From Candidatus Bathyarchaeia archaeon (lineage in GTDB: Archaea > Thermoproteota > Bathyarchaeia > Bathyarchaeales > Bathycorpusculaceae), in assembly GCA_049521795.1 (NCBI GenBank), contig JBEKOM010000001.1, forward strand, positions 1 through 64,000: 64,000 nucleotides of DNA. The letters are read 5' to 3'. Every line of letters begins with the position of its first letter. Position 1 is the stretch's first letter. This document shows, piece by piece, positions 48,731 to 58,907 of the stretch. The notes beneath the pieces are model-generated. The model searched no databases and was not told where the DNA came from. It saw nothing but the letters and a program-made list of their open reading frames with translations. A program made the translations under genes and the position numbers.

Positions 48731-49372
48731 TTAAGAGCTGATCACTGCTTTCAACTGGCAGCTTGACTCGCGGACGCAGCTGAGCACGCCGTTTCTTCCA
48801 ATGTTCAACTGTCTTTGGCCTTTGAACGTAGAAGCCCTTGCATTCTCAATCTGAATAGTATCTCCCGTAGATATGGAGCCTATCTGCTCGTTCCACAAAC
48901 AAAGTCTGATCGTTCCTGTTTCATCTGCTATCAAGACATTTGCCACGCTCGCATAGTTTCCATAACGAGTGTAGACCAAGCTTGGCTTCGGAATCTCCAA
49001 AACCTTGGCCGTCAGACAAACCTGCCTCATCCCGCTCCGCAGATCTCTGATTGCAAGAACCGAAGATAGCCTAAGCTTCTTGGCTAGGAACCTGCATATC
49101 TTGTCAGTCCCCATATAATCTCTGATGGGATGACCCTTCTCTAAGAGGAATTCCTTGAACACTGAAAGCTGCGCAACAACTTTGGAACTCGTCATAATTA
49201 GAAACATGACCTTGTCCCGTGTTTCACCGCGCCATTCGATCGAAAGGTCCCCGCACACGGACTTCTTACCTTCTTCTGCCACAATCAACGCATAGAAGAG
49301 CCTGTCTGGGTCAACCTCGTATTTTGCTGAAAGAAACGCGAGATACTCAATGGTTGAAGTTTTCTTTCTCAA
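48731..49372 (-). CDS. SSB/RPA-like OB-fold protein with N-terminal extension
   Basis: IRDLRSG...AKVLE...ADETGTIRLCLWNEQ...GD.IQIENA...F.G..QLNIG. Confidence 0.82.
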   Translation of the reverse strand: MRKKTSTIEYLAFLSAKYEVDPDRLFYALIVAEEGKKSVCGDLSIEWRGETRDKVMFLIMTSSKVVAQLSVFKEFLLEKGHPIRDYMGTDKICRFLAKKLRLSSVLAIRDLRSGMRQVCLTAKVLEIPKPSLVYTRYGNYASVANVLIADETGTIRLCLWNEQIGSISTGDTIQIENARASTFKGQRQLNIGRNGVLSCVRESSCQLKAVISS

Positions 49373-49443
49373 GACATCTCACTCATTTTCTATGCTTTAC
49401 CTGTTTTGGAAATGATGGTCAAATTCGAAAGCCCTGACAGCAA

Positions 49444-49749
49444 CTACATGGTAAGGTAGCCTTTGAGCCTCAATTGCTCAGTCTGGTTCTTTCTGTATCG
49501 CCAGAATATGTCGCCTCGTGTGTCTGACTGGAAGTCCCAAGGAGAGACTAGCACGATGTCTCCGTCTCGGATCCACACGCGTCTTTTCAGTTTGCCTCGG
49601 ACTCTGCATAATCGTTCCTTGCCATCTTGGCATTTGACCATGATTCGATCGAAACCAAGCATTTTGACTGCCACTCCTAACACGTCATTCTTGCTTGGGA
49701 ACAACATGTTTTCCAAGTTTTCTTCATTAATGACTTTTCTTTTACCCAA
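49444..49749 (-). CDS. eif1a: Translation initiation factor aIF-1A
   Basis: MLG...C.DGKERLCRVRGKLKRRVWIR.GD.VLV.PWDFQ..RGDI.WRY. TTG start after SD GGAGGTG. Confidence 0.93.
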   Translation of the reverse strand: MGKRKVINEENLENMLFPSKNDVLGVAVKMLGFDRIMVKCQDGKERLCRVRGKLKRRVWIRDGDIVLVSPWDFQSDTRGDIFWRYRKNQTEQLRLKGYLTM

Positions 49750-50113
49750 TTTTCGCACCTCCAGAACCATCGGAGCATGGTTGCCTAAAGGGTCGTGACT
49801 AGTCAGAACGATCAGAGAAAAAGCGCACTCTGCGATCCAACTCTTCCTCTAAAGAATCCCAACTAGTAAGAGATGCGTCGCCAAGTATATAGGTCTATGT
49901 GGACAATTTTCTCAAAGTATCATCCGGCACAACTTTTTTGGCTCAGATGGGCCAGTGTTTTGAGTCTTTCGGCCTACGTCTTGTGGGGAGCACTCGGAAT
50001 CATTTCCGCCCGAGAATACCCCATTACAGTTTGAAGACACTTGTGGGCTCCCGCTCAGAAGAAAATCGAAAAATGGAAGAAAAATGATGCCAAGCTAGCG
50101 TTGCCGGCTTAGC

Positions 50114-50254
50114 TTAGAATCTTCTTCGTGGCGGTCCTCGTTTCGAATAGCAATCTCGACAGTAAACAGGTCTGCTTGGGTCAGGCTTGAATGGAACTTC
50201 ACAGTCTTTTCCACAATCAGCACAGACTGCCTTATGCATTTCTTTCTCGGACAT
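50114..50254 (-). CDS. CxxC-x17-CxxC domain small protein
   Basis: MHKAVCADCGKDCEVPFKPDPSRPVYCRDC. Confidence 0.9.
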   Translation of the reverse strand: MSEKEMHKAVCADCGKDCEVPFKPDPSRPVYCRDCYSKRGPPRRRF

Positions 50255-50410
50255 TAACTCTTTCAACTCCTCATATGCTGCTGTGCAAAAATCGCTTCTT
50301 ACACGCTGCATCGACGTTCGCCTCGGGGCTTATAAATAGAGCACCCTCAAATCGAGAAGATATACATGTTTAAGAGTGAGACATGCGTTAGAACGGTGTT
50401 GCAATGGTGT

Positions 50411-50686
50411 ATGCTTGTGTCTCAACCGGTTTATGGAACAATAGTGAATTATCGCATAGGCATCAGAACACAGATGTCAAAATGGTGCCTCATCCAGATC
50501 ATAGGCGAAAGTACCGTCTCTAAGGCAGGCCAGCTCATTGGACGAAGAGTCGTGCTAAAGTACGGAAAGAACAGCTTCACTGGTAGAATCATAAGCTTAC
50601 ACGGCAAGAAAGGCGTCGTCACAGCTAAATTCCGGAAAGGCATACCTGGACAAGCATTAGGAGCAAGGGTCGAACTAACTAGCTAA
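50411..50686 (+). CDS. rpl35ae: 50S ribosomal protein L35ae
   Basis: G.IVNYR.G..TQ...LIG..V...G.I...HG..G.V.AKF..G.PGQA.G. Confidence 0.88.
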   Translation: MLVSQPVYGTIVNYRIGIRTQMSKWCLIQIIGESTVSKAGQLIGRRVVLKYGKNSFTGRIISLHGKKGVVTAKFRKGIPGQALGARVELTS

Positions 50687-50794
50687 CCGCGCGCGCTAGT
50701 TTTTGCCTGAGCTCGTAAGAGTGGGCTTCTCGAACATTTAAGGGCAGGTCGAATACTATCATTAAGGCCAGAGGATTTGACCATGCAGTTCCGG

Positions 50795-51442
50795 TCATTT
50801 GACGGTCACTATCTTCCAGTAGTTCGGTCTGTCTTCTAGAGAAGTCACGTCGACCTTGGAAAAGTGATTCAGCAATCTGAGAACTTCGCATTTCGTAAAA
50901 AAGTGATGCGTTTCTCCAAAGCGTTTCTTTTCATAATCCTCCAAAATCCAGAAAGTATTCTTCTCCAGCATTCGACCTGTTCCATATCGCAGATCGTTTA
51001 CTGAAGCCAGGTTTGCGAAAAACCAACCATCTTTCCCGAGGATTCTGTAGACTTCGCTTACGCTTCTTACAATGTCCTTCTTGAGCGCATGATGCATGAC
51101 GCTGACACTGACAACAGCATCTAGACAGCAATCATTTATTGGGATGTTGGTCATCGTTGCGCGAACAAGGGCTACATTTTCTAGTCTCTCTTTTTGAACC
51201 CACGACCTCGCCATTTTCAGCGCGTTCTTCGAAATGTCCATACCGATAACTTCAAAGCCACTGTTCGCAAGCAAGACGCAGTGTCTACCAACCCCACAAC
51301 CCAGGTCGAGGATCTTCTTGACTTCGTGTTTTGTCAAGTCAGGTATAGCATCTGCAATGAACTGAGCAGTTTTCTTCAGTCTTTTTGGCACTTGCTTCAA
51401 AGTTGAATAGTATCTATCCCAGTTGGACCGCGTCTCGATCAA
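50795..51442 (-). CDS. Class I SAM-dependent methyltransferase
   Basis: ILDLGCGVGRH, GMDIS. Confidence 0.88.
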   Translation of the reverse strand: MIETRSNWDRYYSTLKQVPKRLKKTAQFIADAIPDLTKHEVKKILDLGCGVGRHCVLLANSGFEVIGMDISKNALKMARSWVQKERLENVALVRATMTNIPINDCCLDAVVSVSVMHHALKKDIVRSVSEVYRILGKDGWFFANLASVNDLRYGTGRMLEKNTFWILEDYEKKRFGETHHFFTKCEVLRLLNHFSKVDVTSLEDRPNYWKIVTVK

Positions 51443-51632
51443 TATTTACTTCCCCGGTTAAGCCCGCACATGATTTCTTTTGTAGGCAATCGCAATATCT
51501 CTTTATGCATAGGCGTTAACATAAATGAATTCAATGTTGAAGGTTTGGCAGCCTTACGGAATTTTTAATATTAGGTTATGGTCCACAAGTGATAAGTACG
51601 GAAAGAAATGTCTAGCAAGCGGATGAAGACAG

Positions 51633-52532
51633 ATGAGCTATCATGAACTTTTTGTTTCGCCTTCAAACATCTTCAGCGGTTTTCAAAAACCATTTGACAA
51701 GGCAAACTATGCAATATTGGGAGTGCCGTTTGACGTCACTAGTACATACCGCACTGGAGCCAGGTTTGGACCCACCGCAATTCGGCAAGCGTCGCTTAAC
51801 ATAGAAACCTACAGTTTTCGCACGGGCGTGGATGTAGAAGACCTAGGTCTCCACGACCTGGGCGATTTGCACGTGTCTTCTGACACGGCGAAAACCTTGG
51901 AAATGCTTGAGCTTGTCATTGGGGACATCCTGAAAACGGGGAAGGTTCCGGTAACGATTGGCGGGGAACACACCATAACCTTTGGCATAGCAAAAGGCCT
52001 TGCAAAAATGGCTTCTACAACAGCAATAGTAAGCTTCGACGCCCACCTTGACATGCGTGACGAGTTCTTGGGACTGAAAATGTCACACACGACCTTCATG
52101 CGCAGAATAAATGAGGAAGTGAGACCCGCAAAAATCGTCGAGGTCGGCACACGGGCAGTCTGCAGAGAAGAGCTAAGGTACGCAAGAAAGGCACGAATAG
52201 AGTTTTTGACGACGGAGCAGATCAGAAAAGAAGGAACCAAACGCACAATAGAACAGTTGAGGGAAACACTGTCGAGCTACAAGAACGTCTACGTATCGGT
52301 CGACATGGACATACTTGACCCGGCTTTCGTGCCTGCCGTACAGAACCCAGAGGCTGACGGTTTAGAAATGCACTCTCTGCTTGACATTCTAGCAGGCATA
52401 TGTGATAAGCGTGTAGTCGGCTTTGACGTCCTAGAGATTGCGCCTGACTACGACCGAGGAGTCTCTGCGATCCAGGCGGCAAAAGTCATTTTCGAAATGC
52501 TTTGCCAAATAGAAAAGTCAAGGATAGCCTAG
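51633..52532 (+). CDS. speB: Agmatinase
   Basis: GVPFD, GARFGP, GGEHT, DAHLD, SVDMDILDP. Confidence 0.92.
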   Translation: MSYHELFVSPSNIFSGFQKPFDKANYAILGVPFDVTSTYRTGARFGPTAIRQASLNIETYSFRTGVDVEDLGLHDLGDLHVSSDTAKTLEMLELVIGDILKTGKVPVTIGGEHTITFGIAKGLAKMASTTAIVSFDAHLDMRDEFLGLKMSHTTFMRRINEEVRPAKIVEVGTRAVCREELRYARKARIEFLTTEQIRKEGTKRTIEQLRETLSSYKNVYVSVDMDILDPAFVPAVQNPEADGLEMHSLLDILAGICDKRVVGFDVLEIAPDYDRGVSAIQAAKVIFEMLCQIEKSRIA

Positions 52533-52736
52533 TCGGAAATAAGAGAAGTCAAAGTGTGGCGCTACGAGAAGTCAGAGGATAAGAAAGGAGACCTATGCCA
52601 AGTAGAATTATTCTCAAGAACTATTCGACAGAATACTTGAATGTGAGCTTGCTGTGTGCAAGAAACCCGATGCCCTGACATTAGCAGATCACTTGTGGGA
52701 AGGAAGGCGCAAGCCAAGCCTTTCTGAATTGGCTCC

Positions 52737-54146
52737 TCAATCCTTGCTTTTCACAAGCTTCGCTATGAACAGACCGCTGCAGTGATGAACGTGCGGATAC
52801 AGTCTCTGACATTTGTCAAGTCCTCTTAAGCCTCCTAAACCTATTCTTGGCAGTATTTCGGTCAGCGAAAACTCAGGATGCCATTTCAGAAACCTTTCAA
52901 TGAGCATCTCATTTTCTTCAACTGTTATGCTGCATGTGGAATAGACCAATGCACCCTCAGGCCTGACGTATCCCGAGCAGTTGTCCAACATCTCCCATTG
53001 AATCTGAGCCATTCTGTCCACGGAACTTGGCGTCAGCCTCCATTTGAACGAGGGCAGTCTGCCAAAGATGCCTGTTCCCGTGCACGGTGCGTCCAACACC
53101 ACCAAGTCTGCTTCCACGTCGAAGGGCAGTGGGCTGCGAGCGTCAGCGATGATTGGCTCGGCGATCTTCACACTCATGCGCTTCACCTCGTTCTTCCAAG
53201 AGACCATTCTGCGCCTAGAATAGTCCACAGAAAGGATACGGCCGTTGTTTTGCATCAGCTGCCCCAGGTATGTCGTCTTTCCTCCTGGAGCGGAACAGAC
53301 GTCCAATACGGTCATACTTGGAGTTGGATTCGCCGCTTCAGCCGCAAAAGAGCTTGCTTTGTCCTGGATGTAAACAAGACCTTCTTTAAAGCAGGAGGTT
53401 TCCGTTATGGGTTGTCTTGCATTCTTGACCTCATACGCAAACATTAAATCTTTAACCTTATCAGCCTCAACCCCATCTTCAGAGAGCTTCTTTAGAATTC
53501 CGTCTCGTTCAGAATTAAGCGTGTTCAACCTTACGTAAGTTGGCATGGGCGATCTGTTCGATTCCAGCATCGCCAGGGCGTCTCTTCTGCCAAAAAGCCT
53601 GAAGCAGTATTCGACAAACCAGATGTGATGAAAAGTGCACAATGCGACTCGAGCTTCATCATTTTTCTGCTCTAAGACCACCTCAGGTCTTTGCGTTAGC
53701 AGCATGCCTAGAAAAGGCTCGATGGGTCGCAAGGTTTCCCATCCTAAAACGGAGCGTGCCAGTTTGACTATGTTTTCAGCCTCTTCAACGTCAGCTTCAG
53801 ACCAGTGCTTAGCTATTCTCGTTTGATACACGTAAAGCCGCAGGAAAGCTTGAACGCCAAGGTTGAATTGACCTAGTTCTGCAGGCTTAATGGCTTTGTT
53901 TACAAAAGCATCTATGAAGTTCTGTCTCCGAACGGTTTCGTACACAAGCAAGCGAGCAAGTCGGACAGCATCTGGGTCTCGCATTCTCAGCTGTTTAACG
54001 GTCCTCGCCAAAGCTGAAGGCTCACTCAGCCTTCGCATTTGCATCCAGCTGAGAGTTTCAATCGCAATCGTCCAAGCTTCTCTGAGCAAAGTGTCCACAC
54101 AGTCAGACATATGCAAGGTTCTACATAAAAATAGAAGATGCCCCAT
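52737..54146 (-). CDS. RsmB/NOP2 RNA m5C methyltransferase with NusB-like N-terminus
   Basis: QDKAS, DVCSAPGGKT, DAPCTG.G, YSTCS...ENE. Start uncertain. Confidence 0.9.
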   Translation of the reverse strand: MGHLLFLCRTLHMSDCVDTLLREAWTIAIETLSWMQMRRLSEPSALARTVKQLRMRDPDAVRLARLLVYETVRRQNFIDAFVNKAIKPAELGQFNLGVQAFLRLYVYQTRIAKHWSEADVEEAENIVKLARSVLGWETLRPIEPFLGMLLTQRPEVVLEQKNDEARVALCTFHHIWFVEYCFRLFGRRDALAMLESNRSPMPTYVRLNTLNSERDGILKKLSEDGVEADKVKDLMFAYEVKNARQPITETSCFKEGLVYIQDKASSFAAEAANPTPSMTVLDVCSAPGGKTTYLGQLMQNNGRILSVDYSRRRMVSWKNEVKRMSVKIAEPIIADARSPLPFDVEADLVVLDAPCTGTGIFGRLPSFKWRLTPSSVDRMAQIQWEMLDNCSGYVRPEGALVYSTCSITVEENEMLIERFLKWHPEFSLTEILPRIGLGGLRGLDKCQRLYPHVHHCSGLFIAKLVKSKD

Positions 54147-54320
54147 TCATTCCGCGTCCAGCCTGAAATCAACGAACTTAAAGAAGGCGTTTGACCGTCG
54201 TTGAGGCCATCAACAGTGACAAAAACTATTCCAGTTAAGAGAGACGACATGGCCAACAGCATCTGAGGACAAGAGATTTTAAGCAATCCAGTTCATAAAA
54301 GCAATCGAGTCAAGACCTCG

Positions 54321-57017
54321 ATGACGCAGAAGACACAGAAACACTTGGAGGATTTTCCATCCAAGGAACGCAAACCTTCGACTGAAAAGAAAGTTGACTC
54401 TGGGCCGTTGGCAATCGGAGAGCATGGAAAGAGAGAAGGGAGAAGACGCGTCTTTCCCCCGCTTGCTCCTGAGAACTTGCCATGTTCATACTTTGTCTCA
54501 GCCACTTATGACGGAAGGGCTGGCAAGGCAGTAATCAAACTCTATGAACCGATTTCGGGTCAGATCTACTTCTGGTATGACAACACAGGCCACCAACCCT
54601 ACTGTCTCACAAACCTTTCGCAGTACGAGCTTGAAAAAATCAGCCGTGTAATTCAACACCCAGGCTTCGACCGTTTTGAGATTGTGGAAAAATTTGACCC
54701 GCTGCTAGACAGGAAGGTGAAGGTCACGAAAATAGTGACCAAAGATCCGTTGGCTATCGGCGGCCGACCCTCGGGATGCATTAGAGACATTATTCCAGAG
54801 GATTTCCCAAAGGTCTCTGACGCGCCAATTGTCCCAGAAGAAATCAAAGTCTGGGAATCAACGATAAAGTATTACCAATCCTACATTTACGACCGGCAAC
54901 TTCTGCCCGGAATGATTTACGAGATACGAGACTGCAACCTCGTCCTGAAAAGGCTCGAAGAAGCCGACAAGACCGTGTGTCAGATTCGAGGAACCTTCAA
55001 GGACTCGACTGATGAAGAGTTGGAATTCATCGAAGAATGGGCTAGACTGCTGGAATACCCTGCTCCCAAGTTTCGCCGCGTGGCCCTCGACATAGAAGTG
55101 TTGGCCCCTATCTCCACGAGAGTACCTGACCCCCGGGAAGCGGCTTGCCCCGTTATATGTGTTTCACTATACGGTTCAGATGGACTGAAGAAAGTCTTGC
55201 TCCTGAAACGCGAGGGAGTCCGCGAGGGCACGGAGCACCTGTGCGCGGATGTGGAGCTTGAAAGTTTTGATTCTGAGGACAAACTCATAAGTTCTGTTCT
55301 TGACGTGTTGTGGGAATATCCTTTCGTCCTGACTTTTAACGGGGACGACTTTGACCTTCAATACTTGTTCCACCGTGCTCTGAACCTTGGCATCAGACGA
55401 AGCGAGATCCCAATAGAAGTTGGAAAGAGATCCTGCTTGCTGAGTTATGGAGTTCATCTTGACCTTTACAAGTTTTTCTTCAACCGTTCAATTCAGATTT
55501 ATGCTTTCAACAACCGTTACAGAGACGTGACGCTGAATGACGTTGGAAAAGCTCTGATCGAACTTGAAAAAGTGCCACTTGACAAAACTTTAGGCGAGTT
55601 AACTTACACAGAGCTTGCCGAGTATTGCCTCAGAGACTCTGAAATCACTTTCAAACTTACAAGTTTTGAAGACGAACTCGTCATGAAGCTGATCCTAGTC
55701 CTTGCAAGAATCAGCAGCATGCCGATGGAAGACGTGAGTCGACAAGGCGTCTCTCGCTGGATACGAAACTTTCTGCAACGGGAGCACCGCAAGAGGAACA
55801 TGCTCATCCCGAGTCCCCAAGACATACTGGCGACGAAGGGCAAGACCGCAACGAAAGCAATCATAAAGGGCAAGAAATACAAGGGAGCAATAGTCGTCGA
55901 GCCTGTGCCAGGAGTTTACTTCAACGTTGCTGTTATGGATTTTCCAAGCCTGTACCCGTCAATCATCAAGGTGTGGAACCTGGGCTACCAGTCCATATTG
56001 TGTCCGCACCCGGAATGCCGCGGCAACGTCGTTCCAGGCACGCCAAACTGGGTTTGTACTAGGAAACGAGCGTTAGAGAGCTTGTTGATCGGTTCTTTGA
56101 GAGACTTGCGTGTGCAGTGGTACAAGCCTAAGACGAAAGACAAGTCTCTCAGCGCTGATTTGAGAAGCTGGTACAACATCACTCAGGGAGCTCTTAAAGT
56201 CATACTGAACGCGAGCTACGGCGTCTTCGGAGCCGAAAGCTTCGACCTCTACTGCCCACCAGTGGCTGAGGCAACGGCGGCCATCGGAAGACACTCAATA
56301 ACGCGGATACTCAACAAAGCAGAGGAGCTGAGTATCCAGGTGCTCTACGGAGACACGGACAGCCTCTTCCTGAAAAACCCTTCAAAACAGCAAACTGAAG
56401 AACTGGCGCACTGGACAGAACACGAACTTAAAATGAGCTTGGACGTTGACAAGGTTTACAGGTATGCCGTTTTCAGCTCTCGCAAAAAAAACTATCTCGG
56501 AGTCTTTGAAGACGGCGCAGTTGACGTCAAAGGATTAACAGGCAAGAAGAAACACATTCCAATTCTCATCAAGAAAGCCTTCGACAGAATGAAGGACTCT
56601 CTCGCGAAAGTCAAAACTCCGACAGACTTTGAAGAGGCAAAAAAAAGCATCTGCGAAATTGTCCTCGAATGCTACATACAGTTGAAGAGGCGAGAATGGG
56701 AAAACCTACGTGAATTGGCATTTAACGTAGTCTTAGGTGAAGATATCGAGCACTATACGAAGACAACTCCTCAACATGTCAAAGCCGCTAAGATTCTGCA
56801 GAAGAATGGGGCAGAGCTGAGAGCTGGCGACCTCATAAGCTTCGTTAAGACGACCAGAGAGCCAAACGTGAAACCAGTCGAGTTGGCAACCAAAAACGAG
56901 GTTGACGTTGACAAATACGTAGCTTACCTACGTTCGACGTTTGACCAAGTCTTGGACGCGCTGGGTCTGGACTTTGACGAAATAATAGGATTAACAAAAC
57001 TGGAAAGATTCATGTGA
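54321..57017 (+). CDS. polB: Family B DNA polymerase (PolB1 type)
   Basis: Exo DIE, FNGDDFD; polymerase DFPSLYPS, KVILNASYG, YGDTDS, KKNY. Confidence 0.96.
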   Translation: MTQKTQKHLEDFPSKERKPSTEKKVDSGPLAIGEHGKREGRRRVFPPLAPENLPCSYFVSATYDGRAGKAVIKLYEPISGQIYFWYDNTGHQPYCLTNLSQYELEKISRVIQHPGFDRFEIVEKFDPLLDRKVKVTKIVTKDPLAIGGRPSGCIRDIIPEDFPKVSDAPIVPEEIKVWESTIKYYQSYIYDRQLLPGMIYEIRDCNLVLKRLEEADKTVCQIRGTFKDSTDEELEFIEEWARLLEYPAPKFRRVALDIEVLAPISTRVPDPREAACPVICVSLYGSDGLKKVLLLKREGVREGTEHLCADVELESFDSEDKLISSVLDVLWEYPFVLTFNGDDFDLQYLFHRALNLGIRRSEIPIEVGKRSCLLSYGVHLDLYKFFFNRSIQIYAFNNRYRDVTLNDVGKALIELEKVPLDKTLGELTYTELAEYCLRDSEITFKLTSFEDELVMKLILVLARISSMPMEDVSRQGVSRWIRNFLQREHRKRNMLIPSPQDILATKGKTATKAIIKGKKYKGAIVVEPVPGVYFNVAVMDFPSLYPSIIKVWNLGYQSILCPHPECRGNVVPGTPNWVCTRKRALESLLIGSLRDLRVQWYKPKTKDKSLSADLRSWYNITQGALKVILNASYGVFGAESFDLYCPPVAEATAAIGRHSITRILNKAEELSIQVLYGDTDSLFLKNPSKQQTEELAHWTEHELKMSLDVDKVYRYAVFSSRKKNYLGVFEDGAVDVKGLTGKKKHIPILIKKAFDRMKDSLAKVKTPTDFEEAKKSICEIVLECYIQLKRREWENLRELAFNVVLGEDIEHYTKTTPQHVKAAKILQKNGAELRAGDLISFVKTTREPNVKPVELATKNEVDVDKYVAYLRSTFDQVLDALGLDFDEIIGLTKLERFM

Positions 57018-57023
57018 ACGTTG

Positions 57024-57578
57024 CTACTTGTTTTCAGTGACCACTCTTAGGCCCCTAGACTTTAGAGGCTCAATAAAGCCTTTCCTGCTTAACACTGAAA
57101 GCAATAAGTAGCCAATTCCTGCTAACACAATTAAGCTGCTAATGGTCAAACTTACAACCATCGCAGCCCACGCTGGCAAGACGCTGAGAACCTGTGGAGG
57201 CTGAAAGTCGAAAACCAGCCAAAGGTAGCTGCCAACGATGAGGCCTATCGGAAGGGCCCCAAGAACACAAGCAGCGAACCGATGCTTCCTCAGAAGCAAT
57301 ATAACCATTGCCGCAATCAGATTTGCAATCGGCCCAATGACAACATCTTGAACTCCTATAAAGTAATAGGCGTTTGTCAAAAAACAGCCCAGCGTCACGC
57401 CTGCGCCGATTGGCCACCCCAGTAGCGCAACGAGAGGAATGAGACAGTCTGCGAGGCGCAACTGAACTGGCCCATATATCGTCGGGTTGCCAACTGAAAC
57501 CATCTGAAGAACGTTGATGACAACATACAAAGCAGCGAAAACGCTTGCCAACACTAAATCTCTGGATTCAATTCTCAA
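57024..57578 (-). CDS. queT: QueT-family (7-deazaguanine precursor) ECF S-component
   Basis: A.VFAALYVV...YGPVQLRLAD.L..L...GVTLGCFLTN...D...G. TTG start at 57578 with SD GGAGG 7-8 nt upstream. Confidence 0.8.
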   Translation of the reverse strand: MRIESRDLVLASVFAALYVVINVLQMVSVGNPTIYGPVQLRLADCLIPLVALLGWPIGAGVTLGCFLTNAYYFIGVQDVVIGPIANLIAAMVILLLRKHRFAACVLGALPIGLIVGSYLWLVFDFQPPQVLSVLPAWAAMVVSLTISSLIVLAGIGYLLLSVLSRKGFIEPLKSRGLRVVTENK

Positions 57579-57650
57579 TCTTTCTGCCTCCCTCGCCCGG
57601 GGTTTACTAAGGCGGAACGGGTGGAGGCCCACTCACCCGCCTAAGGCCTA
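57579..57650 (-). promoter_or_regulatory. Structured 5' leader of queT, candidate riboswitch; promoter tttaataa at about 57666-57673
   Basis: Stem GCGGGUG/CACCCGU; loop GCCUC complementary to SD GAGGC; intervening stem CGCCU/GGGCG. Confidence 0.45.
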
Positions 57651-58023
57651 AGAACACCACAGATCTTTATTAAACATTCCTGAGACTCACACGCTCGCGC
57701 TCGTCAAACGAGCTTTGACAATTGAAAAAGTGGCTCTTACAATTAATAGACATCAATGGTACTCGCTCAAAGAAGTCTGGAAGATAGGCGTGTCGGACTA
57801 GGAAAACAGCCCACGTAGCTCCGCATCCAACCTGAACAACCTCACCGTTTTCAACAACGCTTGCAAAGTGTATATACAAAACGTATATACAAAATGTATA
57901 TGCTTTCATTTTCACTTTTTTTGCGAATTTGGAGGATAAGCCCGCGCGGTGTACGTGGAAAATTTATGGGTGACGCATGAACGTCTGGAGGCTGCTTGAA
58001 AATGCTTTTCAAACAGTGCTACT

Positions 58024-58893
58024 TCATGTTAAGAGCCTGAGGGCGAGAGCAAGGGACGTTGATGCTGCAACAAGGACCGAGACGAGCAAGACAGCCTGAC
58101 GCTCGGTCAGAGGCCGATGAAACGTGAGAAGAGTGAGTAGGCTTCTTCTGTGATCTGAAGACAGTCTTTTCCCATCAAAAGAGAGACTCGCCTTGGTCCG
58201 GTAGATAAAGAAGGTCAGCAGTATCAGCGCAGAATTGAAAATGTACGGCAGAACAGACACGACTAAGTCCAGCTTTATCTCGGATATGATCCCGAAAGAA
58301 GCCAAAGTCATCCCAATGGCGAAGGATCCTGTGTTGCCAACGAAGATCTTTCCTTCAAAATTCAAGAAAGCAAGGATGAGCCATACGGCCAAGGGAACGT
58401 AAAGCAGGACTCCGTTTGACCCTGACATAGCCATCAACCCTATCATGACTATTGCCGGACACACCGTTTCCAAACCGTTCAGCCCCCCCAGCTGATTCAC
58501 CGTATTCGTAACTATCGTGACGAGCACCGGAATTATCACATAGTAGTACCACACCCCGAAGTCAATAGTGCCGAGCAACGGAATCGCCATAGACGTGCGA
58601 ACTCCAGGAGTGTAAAACGCAAAGGCCGCAAGAGGCAACGCAACGACAAGCGGAAGAAACGCTTTAAAACGCCACTTCAGATCCATCCAGTCATCCAGCA
58701 ACCCCATGAAGCCGCCGAACAGCACGCACACGGCCAACGTCAAAGGCGGAGAAACCCCGTTTGAGGCCTTGACTATGTTCAGAGAGTACAAGAGAAACAG
58801 GTACACGACACTGGTCAGAACGTAGACGATGCCTAGGCCATTAGGAACCAAAGGCTTGTTTGGCTTGTGCTGGTCAGGAGCCCTAGGAAGCAA
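58024..58893 (-). CDS. UDP-GlcNAc:dolichol-phosphate GlcNAc-1-P transferase (GT4/MraY family, AglH-like)
   Basis: D.HKP...VP..LG, GLLDD, NTVNQLGGLNGLE, IFVGNTG; immediately downstream of aglB. Confidence 0.82.
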   Translation of the reverse strand: MLPRAPDQHKPNKPLVPNGLGIVYVLTSVVYLFLLYSLNIVKASNGVSPPLTLAVCVLFGGFMGLLDDWMDLKWRFKAFLPLVVALPLAAFAFYTPGVRTSMAIPLLGTIDFGVWYYYVIIPVLVTIVTNTVNQLGGLNGLETVCPAIVMIGLMAMSGSNGVLLYVPLAVWLILAFLNFEGKIFVGNTGSFAIGMTLASFGIISEIKLDLVVSVLPYIFNSALILLTFFIYRTKASLSFDGKRLSSDHRRSLLTLLTFHRPLTERQAVLLVSVLVAASTSLALALRLLT

Positions 58894-58907
58894 AGACGTT
58901 CCCCTTT

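Noticed and set aside
44520-50700. Recurrent GCGCGC(T) runs in intergenic regions (about 44522, 45350, 45548, 47310, 48305, 50689)
   Set aside because: Too short and low-complexity, with no consistent flanks, to call a repeat family by eye.
57670-57915. 81-aa minus-strand ORF upstream of queT
   Set aside because: No recognisable motif, runs through a tandem repeat and ends in the queT promoter.
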